64,000 nucleotides of DNA from Eledone cirrhosa (lineage: Eukaryota), in NCBI GenBank assembly GCA_964016885.1, contig OZ024750.1:7750001-7814000 (forward strand), written 5' to 3'. How positions within the stretch are numbered: the first letter of the stretch is position 1; each line of letters begins with the position of its first letter. The notes beneath the pieces are model-generated. The model had not been told where the DNA came from. It saw nothing but the letters and a program-made list of their open reading frames with translations, and did no database searches. Positions 1 through 15,732 of the stretch are shown one piece after another. The position numbers and the translations under genes were made by a program.

Positions 1-119
1 CCGATAACAACGATAAAAGACGCACAGAAGTGAAGAAAATTGCTTAATAATTAAATTACAAAGAACTTTTCTCGCTTTTGTTTTATATTCTTTCGCCAAA
101 TTCTTACTCTCCCGTTCTT

Positions 120-2266
<2,147 letters not shown>

Positions 2267-2485
2267 CTACACTTCCAGATACTTGTCTAGACGCTTCCCT
2301 ATGTAATCATGTAGCGTTGGTAACTAGAGATGGAATTAATTATTTTTCTTGGAGGATTCTTACAAATGAATGTCCTTTGAAATGTTGAAGAAATATATGA
2401 GAACAGCAAGGAGCGTGGCATTCTCCAATATATTTTTATTATTGTTGTGCTTGCTGTTGTTGCTGTTAGTTGAACGGACTCGGAA

Positions 2486-2872
2486 GCAGCAATATTAGTG
2501 ATATAGTTTTTACCTCAAACTATATTATGCAATAAATCTACATGTACTCAAAGAGAGAAAGAGAAAAGAAAGAAAAAAGAAATAAGAAAAAAACTCGACA
2601 CATCAAAAAAAAAAAAAAAAATTAACAAAAAAACTCAGAAAAAAACCTTGAAAGTATGTGAAAAAAAAATTGAAATTTGCAGCAATTTTAGTGATATAGT
2701 TTTTACCTCAAACTATATTATACAATAAATCTACCTGTAATCAAAGAGAGAAAGAGAAAAGAAAGAAAAAAGAAATAAGAAAAAAACTCAACAACAATTT
2801 AAAAAAAAAAAAAATAACACGAAAAACTCACAAAAAAACCTTGAAAGTATGTGAAGAAAAAAATTGAAATTT
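2486..2872. repeat. Tandem duplication, 2 x ~193 bp
   Basis: GCAGCAAT.TTAGTGATATAG...TGAAATTT repeats at 2486 and 2679. Confidence 0.9.
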
Positions 2873-3481
2873 ATATTAATGTCTGAAGAAGTAGATGTGA
2901 AAAATGTTTTCTTAACATTTACACATAAACTAAAGAAAAGAGCGTAGTTAGAAACGCAAACACTCACACACGTATGATATATATTATTACATTATATAAT
3001 ATAAACTGATCATAGCTTTCTGTCTATCTATCAGTACACACGCACAAACAAACACACACGTACATACACATACGCATATATATGTAAAGATATATATATG
3101 TAAATATTTGTAAATATATATGTAAATAAGTAAATATATATGTGTAAATATATGTAAATATATATATATGTAAATATATACATATATACGTATATATATA
3201 TATACACATATATATACTAATATATAAATATATATTTATATATATATATATACATACTAGTATATAAATATGTATATATATTTATATATATATATTAATA
3301 TATAAATATATATATATATTTATATATATACTAATATATAAATATATATATTATATATATACATATATATACTAATATATAAATATATATATTATATATA
3401 TATACATATATATTCTATTATATATATACATATATATACTAATATATAAATATATATATATTATATATATATACATATATA

Positions 3482-3523
<42 letters not shown>

Positions 3524-3595
3524 TATACATATGAATATATATTTACATATATATATACTAATACATATAAATATATATATTCGTGTGTCTGTCTG

Positions 3596-3632
<37 letters not shown>

Positions 3633-3989
3633 GCATGTGTGTACTGAATTTATATTCAGAACCAATTCTACTTTTAAGTATCTTCCATAAAGTGTACAGT
3701 AGGAATTTTTGCAGACGTTATTCTGCACATCCCATTTTTCACTAATGTTTATAAACGGCAAGTACGTTCGAAGTTACTACTGTCAGTAAATGCCAAAGAG
3801 AAGATTAAAGGCGCGGATTATTCTTAAGGATTATTTACTAAGGATTACTTAGGAATATATAAGGTAAGCTATGGAAATCATGCAAATATTTTCTCTCGCT
3901 CGCTTTTTCTCTCTCCTTCCACCTCCATCTCTCTTTGCGTCCGCGCTTCTCATCTATCTATCTCTCTCTCTGTCTCGCTATATACATAC

Positions 3990-4063
<74 letters not shown>

Positions 4064-4065
<2 letters not shown>

Positions 4066-4252
4066 CAAAGGAATTGTGGTAAGGAACCAGATGGACCATA
4101 ACGCACCAGAGTACTCAATACTTAGGGTAGTAGAGTGGGAAATAGGAAAAAGTATGACCCTGTCGGCAGAGCTCAAGCCGTTTCGACGGCTATTTCTGGA
4201 CAGAAATAGCCGTCGAAACGGCTTGAGCTCTGCCGTCGGGGTCATACTTTTT

Positions 4253-4257
<5 letters not shown>
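4064..4257 (-). mobile_element. Family A asymmetric fold-back element in (TA)n
   Basis: Arms 4142-4198 and 4201-4257 are near-perfect inverted repeats, with a ~78-nt unpaired tail at 4064-4141. Homologous to 9059, 36089, 27561 and 43676. Confidence 0.85.
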
Positions 4258-4293
<36 letters not shown>

Positions 4294-4524
4294 GCGTGTG
4301 TGTGTGTATATATATATACATATATACACACATATATATACATATATACACACACATATATATATATATATATTTATTTATTATACCCGCGCGCACTTTC
4401 TCAAACAAATTTATATATATAACCGCGAAACTCGGAGTAGAAACATTATCTACTAAGTTGGTATTGAACCCCTTTTCCTACAGTTTGGGAATACAAACTT
4501 ACGTATACACACACACACACACAC

Positions 4525-4561
<37 letters not shown>

Positions 4562-4566
<5 letters not shown>

Positions 4567-4685
4567 ATAAATTTGAGGACTAAAATCCAAAGAGGGCTCG
4601 ATACAGATTGACTTTGTTAGTTTCAGAAGATCCCATTAAGGGTGAAAGCAGCGATTCTTTGCTTAAACTTTAATCTGTTATTTTA

Positions 4686-4692
<7 letters not shown>
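4562..4692. mobile_element. Family C element: inverted tail plus forward arm
   Basis: 4562-4602 is the reverse complement of the 15363-15409 tail. 4625-4692 matches the 15255-15322 arm. TA flanks. Smaller relatives lie at 26727-26800 and 52525-52564. Confidence 0.75.
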
Positions 4693-4729
<37 letters not shown>

Positions 4730-5633
4730 GTGAACCTAATAATATTTTCTTTTGCACCTCTGCGTTTGTCAGGTTTATTCTTGAACTAATATATACATAT
4801 ATATGCATATATATATATATATGCACACACATACAAACACATATGTGTATATTCTTGTTTTCACATGAGGATTTCTTTGTTATTCTGACTCACTCTACGC
4901 ATGAAATTACCGACCTCGCCATCTTACCTATAACACCACCACATGCCAACAACTATTAAAACAAAATGTTATTATACTATCTATAATGCAAACATAAAAG
5001 ATGTTTGTGTACACAAACAAACACATATACACACGCGCACAAACAAACTGACACACACACACATAGACAGTGTGATACATCACACCTGTGTACGATTTAT
5101 CGAAAAAGTCATATGTTTATTTAACCAGCTAACCCAGCTAGAAATGACAGCCAAATCGCCCTCACAACGTATTCAACTGACTTCCCAAAGATAAAAAAAA
5201 AAATAGAAAAGAATAAGTGCATTGTATAATGTGTTATAATCATAATTTTCCATAAAAGCTGGGATGGTCATGGGGGGAGGTTCGAATTTCTATATAGCTT
5301 ACTTTGTCTATATAAACTGCAGCTAAACAACACTCACACGAAAGCAAGGGAATCAACAAAACATATATATATATATACATACAATATACAAGTATACAAG
5401 TATACAAGCGCATACAGGTACACATGCCTGTGTGCGAATGTAACCCTAAGAAACACATACACACACGCAGATATATATATTTGAATGAATTTTACAGATA
5501 TGCACTGTGTACAACACAGATAGACACAGATGCACTCATGCATGCATTTTGTATGCCCACGTATTTTCTGATTTAACGTCACAGCCTTGTGACAGACTGT
5601 ATTGAATTTAAAATACAACTTTATAAAATGAAT

Positions 5634-5866
5634 TTAACCCTTTAGCATTTACATTACTCTATATTTACTATGATATTTTCATGTTAAAGGGTTAATTTAT
5701 CTCACATAATTATCTCACATAATATCGAATCTATAATATTTTGATATTATTTATTTTGAGAACAATACCTTAACATCAGTATGAACAGGCAGTTATCGCC
5801 GGTTTGAGCAGATATGTGTGAGGGAATTCTGGCCGGGTACAGTCGGTTTAAATGCTAAACAGTTAA
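5634..5866 (-). mobile_element. piggyBac-type MITE (with an extra internal terminus at ~5685-5695)
   Basis: TTAACCCTTTAGCATTT ... AAATGCTAAACAGTTAA. Confidence 0.7.
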
Positions 5867-6414
5867 AGGCAATACTATAGCGGATACTAGATTTCCGCAT
5901 ATTTTTTTCTGATTTTATATATATTATAATAAAACCATCTCTCTTGCCATCTCTCTCTCACCATCTCTCTCTCACCATCTATCAATCTATCTAGCTATGT
6001 TTATTTGTTCTCTATCCGTATATATGTTATGGTGTGTGTGTATATTCAGTATAAATTTGCGTCCCTATTATTTCTGACTGACGAAGATTCTCGTCTTCCC
6101 TTTTGTAAACATTTGACTTAAAGCAGGTGTTGCATAATTGCGGCTTATTAGCCTCATATGGCTCTTAGGAACACTAAAAAACATTTTTTTTTTATCGATT
6201 TAACTTATTTGATATTAATCTTGTATTAAAATAAGAGCCACGACTTTATAACATGGATATTGAATTAATTTCGGATAAGTTTCTAAGCTAGAAATTGCAT
6301 TGAGTAAAAAATAAAAAAAAAAGTTAACTAATTTCATTTTTTGTTATTGATAGTTTCATTTATAATATATTATGAAGGTCCGATCGTCTCAATTATTATT
6401 ATTTGTATATGTAC

Positions 6415-6680
6415 TACCATGCCTTGCAGCATAGAGTTATGGTCCTTTACGTTCTGATTTCAAATCCCGCCGATGTTAACTTTGTCTTTCATCCTTACGG
6501 GGTGCTATAAAATAAAGTACCAGTAATGCACTGGGATATAATTACTGGCCTTGTGCCAAAAGTAGAAACAATTATTTGTATATGTACTGCCTTTCATCCT
6601 TACAAGGTGGATAAAATAAGTACCAGTAACGTTTTAATTGCTGTCCTTGTGCCACAAGTAGAAACAATTATTATTATTAA
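6415..6680 (+). mobile_element. Two truncated copies of the same SINE
   Basis: Core motif occurs twice. ATTATTTGTATATGTACT flanks the first copy (TSD-like). Confidence 0.85.
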
Positions 6681-8527
6681 TAGGTAAAATGTACTCTTCA
6701 GATTGAAACAGATCCCCTAGAGCTACACTATAGTAATATACACATATTCATGTATAAGCAGAATCGTGTATTATATTGTGCATCATTTTACATAAACAAA
6801 TGCCCATATGTATCTCTATAGTTGCCAAGGTATTTGCCGTTTAGTATTGTCGCTCGCGAATACGAGTACTCAACACCTAAGAATTGAATTGTTATATTTA
6901 AATCAAATCAATGGTCAGTTAATTTAGAATGACTCTTGTTTGAACACAGGTCCATCAGATATTTGTTGACCCAGTAATCATATGAAGATACAGAGTATAA
7001 GATACAGAGTATTAGGCTATGGAATCGACCTTAATAAAACTATATCTGTGTGTGTGTGTCTGTGTGGGCGTTTGCTTCGGTGTGTGTGTATACGTATGCG
7101 TGCCTATTTTTGAGTGTGTTTTTGTATTTGTGTGTTTGTGTTTGTGAATGTTCGCGTCTGAGTTTGTGTGTGTTTGAGTGTGGACCTTTGTATGTGTGTT
7201 TGTGTGTGTACGTGTGTACGTGCGTGCGTGAGTGAGTACGTGTGTGTGTGCATTTGTGTTTGAGTGGGTGCCCTTGTGTTTGTTTGTATGTGTGTGTGAG
7301 TGTTTGAATGAGTGCGTGTGTATGTGTGTACATGTGTTTAGGTGTGTGTACGTGTGTGTGAGATAAACCATGTGTGCCCTTGTATTTGTGTGTTTGTGTT
7401 TGAATGGGTGCCTTTGTGTTTTTGTTTGTGTATGTGTTTGAGTGTGTACCACTGTGTGTGTGTTTGAATATTTGCGTGTGTGTTCGTGTGTGTGTATTTG
7501 TGTTTGTGTGTATGTTTTTACGTGTGTGTGTTTGAGATCAACCATAATACAAAGGGTCAGAGAAACGCCAAAAAAAAAACAAAAAAACTTCAGCTAAAAT
7601 ATCTTCAACTAAATATTTACATAAAAACAACAACCGTGTATCAAATTCTAATGACAGACCAGAAAAGCTCAAACAAAGTTGTGATAGTAATTCTAGAGGA
7701 ATGATATAAAGCGCGGTCTTTGAAACAATATATACAATGATGTTACCACAGCAACCCAAACTTAATAAAACCAATAGTTTTAAATAAAGTTATCTTTTCT
7801 TTATGCCAACTCTCTTTATGCCAACTCTTTCACGTTCGATTAAATTTCGAAATCTCATTGATACCGATACATAAACTCAAAGCTGATTCCATTCTATATT
7901 CGCTCTCTCAACGTCTGATGTCAAGGACCATCAGCTTCCTGAATTTAGCTGTCAACATGTTGAACAAACCTCCGGAAGCTACAGTCGTACTAATGCAGCC
8001 AGTGATATTCAAACTTAATAGAATTAAGTATACCTCCTGACATAGGTAATGACTCCGCAATGCTCTATTAGCCATCTGCTAATGAAGGCACTTAGCTTAG
8101 TGGTTTGGGATCACGATAGGAAAGTCGTGAGTTTCAGTTTCTGACCGGGAAGCATGTGTTATCCGAGAGCAACACAATTGATTCGAGTAAATTTCAGGTT
8201 TAAAAAATACCCCAAAACAAACAAACAAACAAAAAACGGGAATTGTGATGACACTGGGGCTAAGCTGTATAAGGATTTTCATTTTTCTTGGTGAACATCG
8301 GTGTCGTAGAAAGGGGAGAATTGCAGATATGGGGTGGGGAAGCACCAAAAGTCCTGACATTGCATTATTTAGAGACTTACTAAAGTACCAGTAATTCACT
8401 GGATGATTGCTGGCCTTGTGCTAAGAGTAGAAACAATTATTAGAGACTTACTACAGCTGTAATATCCAATGTGACTATTGGTCACGAACATATGAATATG
8501 GTTACATTCCGTGCCGCCTGAAGTCTT

Positions 8528-8558
<31 letters not shown>

Positions 8559-8559
8559 G

Positions 8560-8593
<34 letters not shown>

Positions 8594-9018
8594 AATATAT
8601 ATACATATATACACACACAAACACACACACACTCACACACAAATATATATATGCCCAGAAACATTATTATCTGCAGTTATGTTTACATGCAATCATAAGA
8701 GCAAGAATGAGGGGTTCATTCTACTGACGTGGCTTTAAAAATGAGGCTTGTTTGCATAATTTCAAACGAATCGAATGTTTTTAATATTCGAAAAACTCAG
8801 ATTACATTTATATGTATAACGATATATATATAGCGTAATGAAAAGTCAGAAGGCTATATCCAAAGTTGGTGGAGCACTCAGTCCAAAGGACGAGCTGGTT
8901 GTGGAATTAATTCCACAACAATTACCAAACCAGACTTGAGAAGACACGAATTAACTCTCTCTCTTATCGCCCCTCTCTCTCTCTCCCTCTCTATCTCTCT
9001 CTCTCTCTCTCCCTCCCT

Positions 9019-9058
<40 letters not shown>

Positions 9059-9063
<5 letters not shown>

Positions 9064-9254
9064 AAATGTATAACCCCGACGGCAGAGCTCAAGCCGTTTC
9101 GACAGCTATTTCTGAGTCCAGAAATAGCCGTCGAAACGGCTTGAGCTCTCCCGTCGGGGGTTAAACATTTTCCTATTACCCACTCTACTACCCTAAGTAT
9201 TGAGTACTCTGGGGCGTTATGGTCCATCTGGTTCCTTACCACATTTCCTTCGTT
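9059..9254 (+). mobile_element. Family A asymmetric fold-back element in (TA)n
   Basis: Hairpin centred at ~9117, with the tail TACCCACTCTACTACCCTAAG...TTCCTTCGTT on the right and TA flanks. Confidence 0.85.
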
Positions 9255-9675
9255 ATATATATATATATATATATATATGCATGCATATACACACATTTTA
9301 TTCTCTTATAGCTTTACTGGTTTCAAGCATTAGAGAGAGAGAGGCCATGCTGGGTCAGTATCTTGAAGAGATATTTCGTCGGAAACTTATAAGTTTCACG
9401 AGTAGTACTTGTGATATTGATTTCAACACATGTAAACAAGGACAGGCAATCAGAGAGACAAATGCATGCACATAACCTGTTGGTTTTCTCGTTGCTTCGG
9501 TGTGGTGGTTGCGTCTGCCTGCCACAGTTTTCAATTTGTCATGCCGTCTAACAAATGTTATTACTCTGAGATTCCTCATCGAGTGCTTGGCTGACATCCC
9601 TCATTGCATCTCGTAGGCTTGGCTACAGCCGAAGCTTCGATTTTACCAAACTTTCATTTATATATATATATATAT

Positions 9676-10064
9676 AGGAGGAAGTTATAGTTCACTTGAA
9701 GCATTGTGTAATGAGGTATACACGTTTGAATTTGTAAAGCCAAACAATGCAGGTATGGACATAGAATAAAAATGCAAATGCAAAAGATATTGTTGACAAT
9801 TAGTTTTTTATCTTAGATTTATTTAAATGTCCTTAATTTTCGTGATAATATCTCTTCTTCGGAGGGAAGTAAAGCGGTTAAACCGGTGTTCTAAATAACC
9901 TGCCAAGTCATGCTGACAGGAAATGGAAGAAGAGATATTATCTCGAAAATTAAGGACATTTAAATAAATCTAAGGTAAAAGACTAATTGTCAACAATATC
10001 TTTTGCATTTGCATTTTTATTCTATGTCCATACCTGCATTGTTTGGCTTTACAAATTCAAACGT
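9676..10064 (-). mobile_element. Family B fold-back PLE-like element
   Basis: Arms 9722-9860 and 9926-10064 (~139 bp, few mismatches), ~45-nt tail at 9676-9721, hammerhead at the inner arm ends, TA flanks. Confidence 0.85.
9831..9865 (-). ncRNA. Degenerate minimal hammerhead (family B paralog of 48768-48802)
   Basis: Same sequence as the 48768 motif but with CCGAAGA in place of CUGAAGA and one stem-II mismatch. Confidence 0.6.
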
Positions 10065-10109
10065 TTATATATATATATATTTATTTATTTAATTATAATG
10101 ATAATATAG

Positions 10110-10290
10110 AGTTTATACTTTTGGCACAAGGCCAGCGATTACTCCAGTGCATTACTGGTATTTTATTTTATTGACCCCATAAGGATGAAAGGCAAAGTTA
10201 ACCTCGGCGGATTTGAACTCAGAACACAAAGGGCCATAAATATGTTACAAAGCATGGTATCCGACGCTCTACCGATACTGCCAAACCACC
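10110..10290 (-). mobile_element. Same SINE family
   Basis: Reverse complement of the head, core and tail. Confidence 0.9.
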
Positions 10291-10436
10291 ATTCTGTAAT
10301 AATTATAATATACTAATTTAATAGCTCTGTACTATACATAGAGTACTCTTCTTTCCTTTACCTCTTCTACGGAAATACATAACGCACACGCACATATGTA
10401 TCTATATGTATATATATATATATACATACATACATA

Positions 10437-10581
10437 CGAGTGGCTTCTGCAAAATATCACTTACAAGGCATTGGTCAGTCAAAGACTATAGTATAGGGCA
10501 TTTCCCTCAGTGCTCCAGTATAGGACTGAAACAGAGTACACGTAGTTGCATTTCAAATTCCTTAACCTCACAGTAATGCCT
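10437..10581 (-). mobile_element. Diverged third SINE (CORE-like); relative at 38900-39070 (+)
   Basis: Degenerate tRNA head plus TACTATAG...GACCAATGCCTTGTAAGTG, recalled as an abundant octopus SINE. Confidence 0.5.
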
Positions 10582-10683
10582 ACAAACAAACATGTACCAC
10601 ACACCTAGTCACACTCACACACATACACATACAAACAAATATATAATTATATCAACTTACATTTGTAATATATTTATATTTCA

Positions 10684-10719
<36 letters not shown>

Positions 10720-10920
10720 CCATGTTGATTGATCGAAGTAATCAATTAACTAATGTGTAAAGGTGTAGTCAACATAAGCACACTACGTCATGCGTATCCA
10801 TATGGTTTCACCTATATGGAGTCAGTGAGAATATCAATATTAAGTAGGAGAAAGAGAGACGGTTTTAAACATTCTACTTCACTTTATTGTCTTACATCAT
10901 ACCTGCTATATATATATATA

Positions 10921-11141
10921 AAGTTTTCAAAGAGATGGCAACATGAATGGACGTATTATTTTTCTCTGAAAACATTTGTTCCGATTCCGCCCTGCCCATC
11001 CCTTCAATCCTTTTAATTTCCCATTCGTTCCAATAATGAAGGACTAGCTTCCGAAACGTTAAGACCCTCATCCTGTTATTTCACGCGTTAAACTAATATA
11101 TTCCTTCCATATACTGTACTGATTGTATTGTTATTTCTGTT

Positions 11142-11147
<6 letters not shown>
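10921..11147 (+). mobile_element. PLE pLTR-like fragment with decayed hammerhead; paralog at 33716-33825 (-)
   Basis: AUAAUGAA-GGACUAGCUUCC-GAAACGUU, then ~95 nt that match the reverse complement of 33716-33815. Both copies end at (TA)n. Confidence 0.6.
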
Positions 11148-11179
<32 letters not shown>

Positions 11180-11184
<5 letters not shown>

Positions 11185-11320
11185 AAAAAAAAGGAAAAGA
11201 ATGACTTCACTAAACAATTTGATTTAATTTTATATTATTATTTTATAATAATTTTATAATAATTAAATCAAATTGTTTAGAACTACAAGTGAAGTTATTC
11301 TTTTCCTTTTTTTTTCAAAT
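11180..11320. mobile_element. Family E fold-back in (TA)n
   Basis: TTTGAAAAAAAAGGAAAAGAATGACTTCACT-AAACAATTTGATTTAATT and its reverse complement (with a short insertion) around an AT-rich spacer. Confidence 0.7.
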
Positions 11321-11322
11321 AA

Positions 11323-11367
<45 letters not shown>

Positions 11368-11530
11368 TGTGTGTGTGTGTATCATTTATAGAAATCAGCA
11401 GATGATCAAAGGAATCCTCTATAAGACTCCTGTATTACACATTCGAAGTTTATTGTTCATTCGATGTTTGCTGTAATGAAAACTACTTTGATGTAGTTTT
11501 TACATCATGTAACAATCAACAAAGATCAAT

Positions 11531-11698
11531 CTCTATAACGCTATAACTCTTTCACTCTATAACGCTATAACTATTTCACTCTATAACGCTATAACTATTT
11601 CACTCTATAACGCTATAACTATTTCACTCTATAACGCTATAACTATTTCACTCTATAATACTATTTCACTCTATAATACTATAGCTATTTCACTCTAT
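11531..11698. repeat. 24-bp minisatellite CTCTATAACGCTATAACTATTTCA (~7 units)
   Basis: Directly visible. Confidence 0.95.
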
Positions 11699-11927
11699 CA
11701 CATACAATCAGTATCTATCATTAGTACGTGACAACAATTGCCACACACGCGCACGCACGCACACGCACGCACACACACACACATACACACGTGTGTGGGT
11801 ATGTGTACGTGTGAGATAATGCATCCTCTTTGTTCGTTTCTTGTTTACCTGATGAGCTATACGTTTATATAGTCTATCTCTGCCATATCTATCTCTCTGT
11901 CTCTGTCTCTCTCTCTGTCTCTCTTTC

Positions 11928-11972
<45 letters not shown>

Positions 11973-12039
11973 TTATATATATATATTTATATATTAAAAT
12001 ACAAATATTAATAAAATAGATGCTCTTTTGATCAATTAA

Positions 12040-12092
12040 ATTTTATTATACATATTTCAGAGGTACAACAGTACGTCCTCATCAGACAAAAT
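12040..12092 (-). ncRNA. Type-I hammerhead ribozyme motif in a (TA)n-flanked PLE-like insert (~11995-12770)
   Basis: Minus strand reads AUUUUGU-CUGAUGA-GGACGUAC(UGUU)GUACCUCU-GAAA-UAUGUA-UA-AUAAAAU. Core is intact, stem I is 7 bp, stem II is 8 bp with one mismatch, stem III is near-palindromic, and AAUAAA overlaps the 3' strand. Confidence 0.8.
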
Positions 12093-13765
12093 ATAATGAT
12101 ACATGACATACCCTGAGATGTTAAATGGTTAAGATTTAATCAAGGTAGTGTTTAACCTATGAGAAAACGCAACATTTATACCCTAATAATGAGAAAATGC
12201 GTAAACGTAATAGATTCAATCGAGACGGTATGAGTAAGGAAAATGTTGCTTTAATGTAACAGTTATAGAGATTTTAAAATGTGGGATACTACAAATTAGG
12301 ATTATAGAGGAAGACGTCTCTGGAAATATAATTTTATTATAGTTTATGAAGGCAACCGATAGATAATTAAAGAGAGGGAGAGATAAAAGGGAGTAATTTA
12401 TGGAAACCTTTTTTTTCCCATATAGACTTAGCGGTTAAGTTTCAAAATATTTAATTTATGTTATTTTAGGGTGAAGAATAAAAATTTTAAGGTTTTAAAA
12501 CTTGATGGTTATTTATATTAATTTTATAAATTTTATAAATTTTTTAAATGTGTTACATTACTAAAATTCTGAATTTTATGAAAACAAAATTAAAGGATTT
12601 ACTAGGCCCGCGAAAGAAAAATATACACAGTTGAATATTCCCTTAAATGTAATCTTTAACAAAATTTACATATAACAGTGTCATCATTTTCGGTATGTAA
12701 AATTTCTGAAGTACTTACTGTTACAAATATCGAAGAATTTATTGTCAAGTAGATACATTGTCTAAAGTATATATATATATATACAATAACATAGTAGGAA
12801 TGTATTAAAGTATATAATTTAATTATTTCGAAAGGGAAGAACGAAATGCAATGCCAATAATTATGTGTAACCTCTCTCGTATTTTAAACAACAATGCAAA
12901 TCTCCATTGCAACTTCTATATTTTAGTTCAGCTTCAAACTGCCATGTTTAGTAAAAGGAAACAATTGGTGTAGCTTTAAATAATTGGTTCCAGCATTCAG
13001 CTTTATGTAAATTTATTCTAGTAGTTATTCCATATAATATTGTTTTTTTTAGATTTCCCTCACTATCCCACATCTTTATATTTCATATATTTGCCATTGT
13101 TTGCAAATTAGTTTATATAGAACACGTTGTAGTCAGTTAGATATTAACTTTCGAATTTCTGTACAAGACTGTTTCGTGCAACATGTTGAAAAATATATAT
13201 TTCAGCTGATTTATCAACCTGTTTGTATTTATCCTTATTAACTTAATTTCAAATATTGGATTTTTTGTTTTTTTTTGCATCTGTTCAACATTTTAATTCA
13301 TTTGTACTTTCTTAGTCTAGTCTCAATTGATTTCAAATATAAATACAAGCCTAGATATTATATATTAAACTTCTGAATGTTCCCATTGAAAGTACTAATT
13401 GGAATTCAATTTCAATGTGATTGTACTAAGTCATTTTGTGTGTGTGTATATATATATATACATATATATATATACACGCACGCACGCACGCACGCTCTCT
13501 CTCTCTCGTTATACACCCACACGCATATATATATACTGGTATTCATCTGTAAATCAATGCTTATTAATATTGCTAGAAAATTCAAATATTAATTTCAATA
13601 GGGTTAAAAGAGCAACATTAAAATCTTGGTCGAGCTCTACGTATTCTCTGTGTAACCATATGTAAGCAATCATAATATCTGGTGCGTGTTGCATAAATAT
13701 GATATTTGGATAACATACATCAAATTATAATGAATGCTTATGACTTCGTTATAAGGGCTTTAGGC

Positions 13766-13961
13766 TCATGATTGTAAGATGCTGAGATTCATTCCTGGCG
13801 GCACGTTGGGTTCATCTGCTGGAAAAATGAATTCTACCATCGATTCGAAGGGCCAGCCATTTTGATGCCCCAGGTCACACTGAATCACGCTGAGAATCTC
13901 GTTTATAGTACATGATGCTTTGTAAAAGCTCAGGCACTCGCTCGTTACCTTCATAAGCATG
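13766..13961 (-). CDS. Candidate terminal exon of an unidentified host gene
   Basis: Acceptor TTTTCTGTTGTTTTTCCAATGAAACAG| precedes non-repetitive, GC-elevated sequence. It is open as (C)MLMKVTSECL...SILQS* (phase 2) or HAYEGNER...RDSV* (phase 0). Confidence 0.35.
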
Positions 13962-14735
13962 CTGTTTCATTGGAAAAACAACAGAAAACTGGAACATTCG
14001 TTGCCGGAACCAACAGTCAAATATTAACCTCCCGTGTGTGTGTGTGTGTGTGTAAATGCGTGTGTGTGTTTGTGCGTATGTGTGTGTGTGTGAGTATGTT
14101 TGTGTAAGTAAGTGCGTGTGTGTGTGAACCACCACCAGAATAAGAAAAGCTCATATTTACGCACCAATAAACCAATACATATCAATAAGTATTTATTTCA
14201 ACATATTGATTACTTAGACGTGAAACGGTTAACATTATCAATCCAAAACCACTCCAAACACTATCCAATTATTCCTGTCCACCAGCCTAATGTAATCTGT
14301 AAAATCGAGAATTGTCTCTCTAATCAAACTAATAAATAGAAATTAAATAAACACCTGCATATCGCAATAAATCTCTGAATGGGCTGTTGACAATTTGAAA
14401 CCCAATTGTATGTCATATTTCATGGGAGCACTTGAAATATTTTCATTGGCATATGTCATTAAATACCAGACGATATATTTTAAATGAGAGAACAGCGTCC
14501 AATAAATATAGATCAGAGCAAACAACACGGACACTCTATCTCAAAATTATTTTTGAAAAGCATTTAGAAATGCGCAACCGGTAAAAACTTAAAACCACAA
14601 CTGAATACTAACCCATACAATTACTAATACTCTTTTATTCCTAATTAAACCATTTTTCAACTGTGAACAATTTGTCAGCATTTTCTATTCCGTTTACCAA
14701 TATATAATAACTTGTGTGTTACACCTCTATTCTTT

Positions 14736-14772
<37 letters not shown>

Positions 14773-14819
14773 CGTAAAATAAGAAAATTATAAAAATTAA
14801 CTTACTTACTAAAATTTCA

Positions 14820-14899
14820 CTCCAACTAATTAGTTTCTGAAAGGGAATAAGCATGGTTTCCGAAGAAACGCACGGAGAAGTCCTTTCGTCATCAGGGAA
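14820..14899 (-). ncRNA. Type-I hammerhead ribozyme motif with extended stem II
   Basis: Minus strand: UUCC-CUGAUGA-C-GAAAGG...[GUUUC-UUCG-GAAAC]...CCUUUC-A-GAAA-CUAAUUAG-UU-GGAG. Stem III ACUAAUUAGU is a perfect palindrome and stem I is UUCC/GGAG. The insert starts right after (TA)n at ~14767. Confidence 0.75.
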
Positions 14900-15082
14900 A
14901 TCTATTCTCAGCTAAGTTTCCAGGCAATGCGTGGACACAGGGAACTTATACAAAATTCAGTGGATGGAAGACAAAACCTATATAGACAAAACCTATATAT
15001 TTGCTGGCATAGGTATGCATCTGTATATATATGTTAGTAGATATACTAATTCTTTATATATATATATATATACATGCATACA

Positions 15083-15162
<80 letters not shown>

Positions 15163-15191
15163 TATATACATACATGCATATATATATATAT

Positions 15192-15409
15192 ATTAAATTA
15201 ACAGATTAAAGTTTAAGCAAAGAATCGCTGCTTTCATTCTTAACGAGATCTTCTGAAGATCCCGTTAAGGGTGAAAGTAGCGAGTCTTTGCTTAAACTTT
15301 AATCTGTTATTTTAATAAATATTTGCTCTACGGTTTTATATATTTTATAGATATATTATCCTTATCGAGCCCTCTTCGGATTTTTGTCTTCACATGTATT
15401 ATTATTACT
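15192..15409 (+). mobile_element. Family C fold-back PLE-like element
   Basis: Arms ~15192-15253 and 15255-15317, tail to 15409. The turn lies at CTGAAGA-T-CCC(GTTAA)GGG-T-GAAA, and AATAAA follows. Confidence 0.8.
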
Positions 15410-15690
15410 ATATATATATATATATATATGCCTGCAGATACACACACATATACCTGTATAAAGTATAGATCTTCTAATCTGACTTGTAATTCAACCCCTC
15501 CCCCCAAAAGACAAAATATCATTCTATATTTTGTTGAAGTATCAGTCTTAGGAGCAAATGAAGCCTGGTGTCAGGTCCATAAATTCCATGGGTGACATTG
15601 AGCCAATGAACTACGAAACGCCCGTAACAAGTCGATAGACACTAAAAATTTAAATACATGTAAACGAAACATCATCCTTTTGCTTCTTCG

Positions 15691-15732
<42 letters not shown>

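Noticed and set aside
2878-2920. CTGAAGA...GAAA motif; other lone CTGANGA at ~6078, 11849, 17108, 44185 and 57045
   Set aside because: No convincing stem I/II pairing, or no GAAA partner.
4064-4790. CRISPR-like alternation of (TA)n with unique spacers
   Set aside because: Eukaryotic DNA with variable-length repeats and no cas genes. The spacers are mobile element fragments.
13860-13950. EC...SCTINEILS..C resemblance to an insulin A-chain
   Set aside because: It lacks the CC pair and the canonical cysteine spacing.
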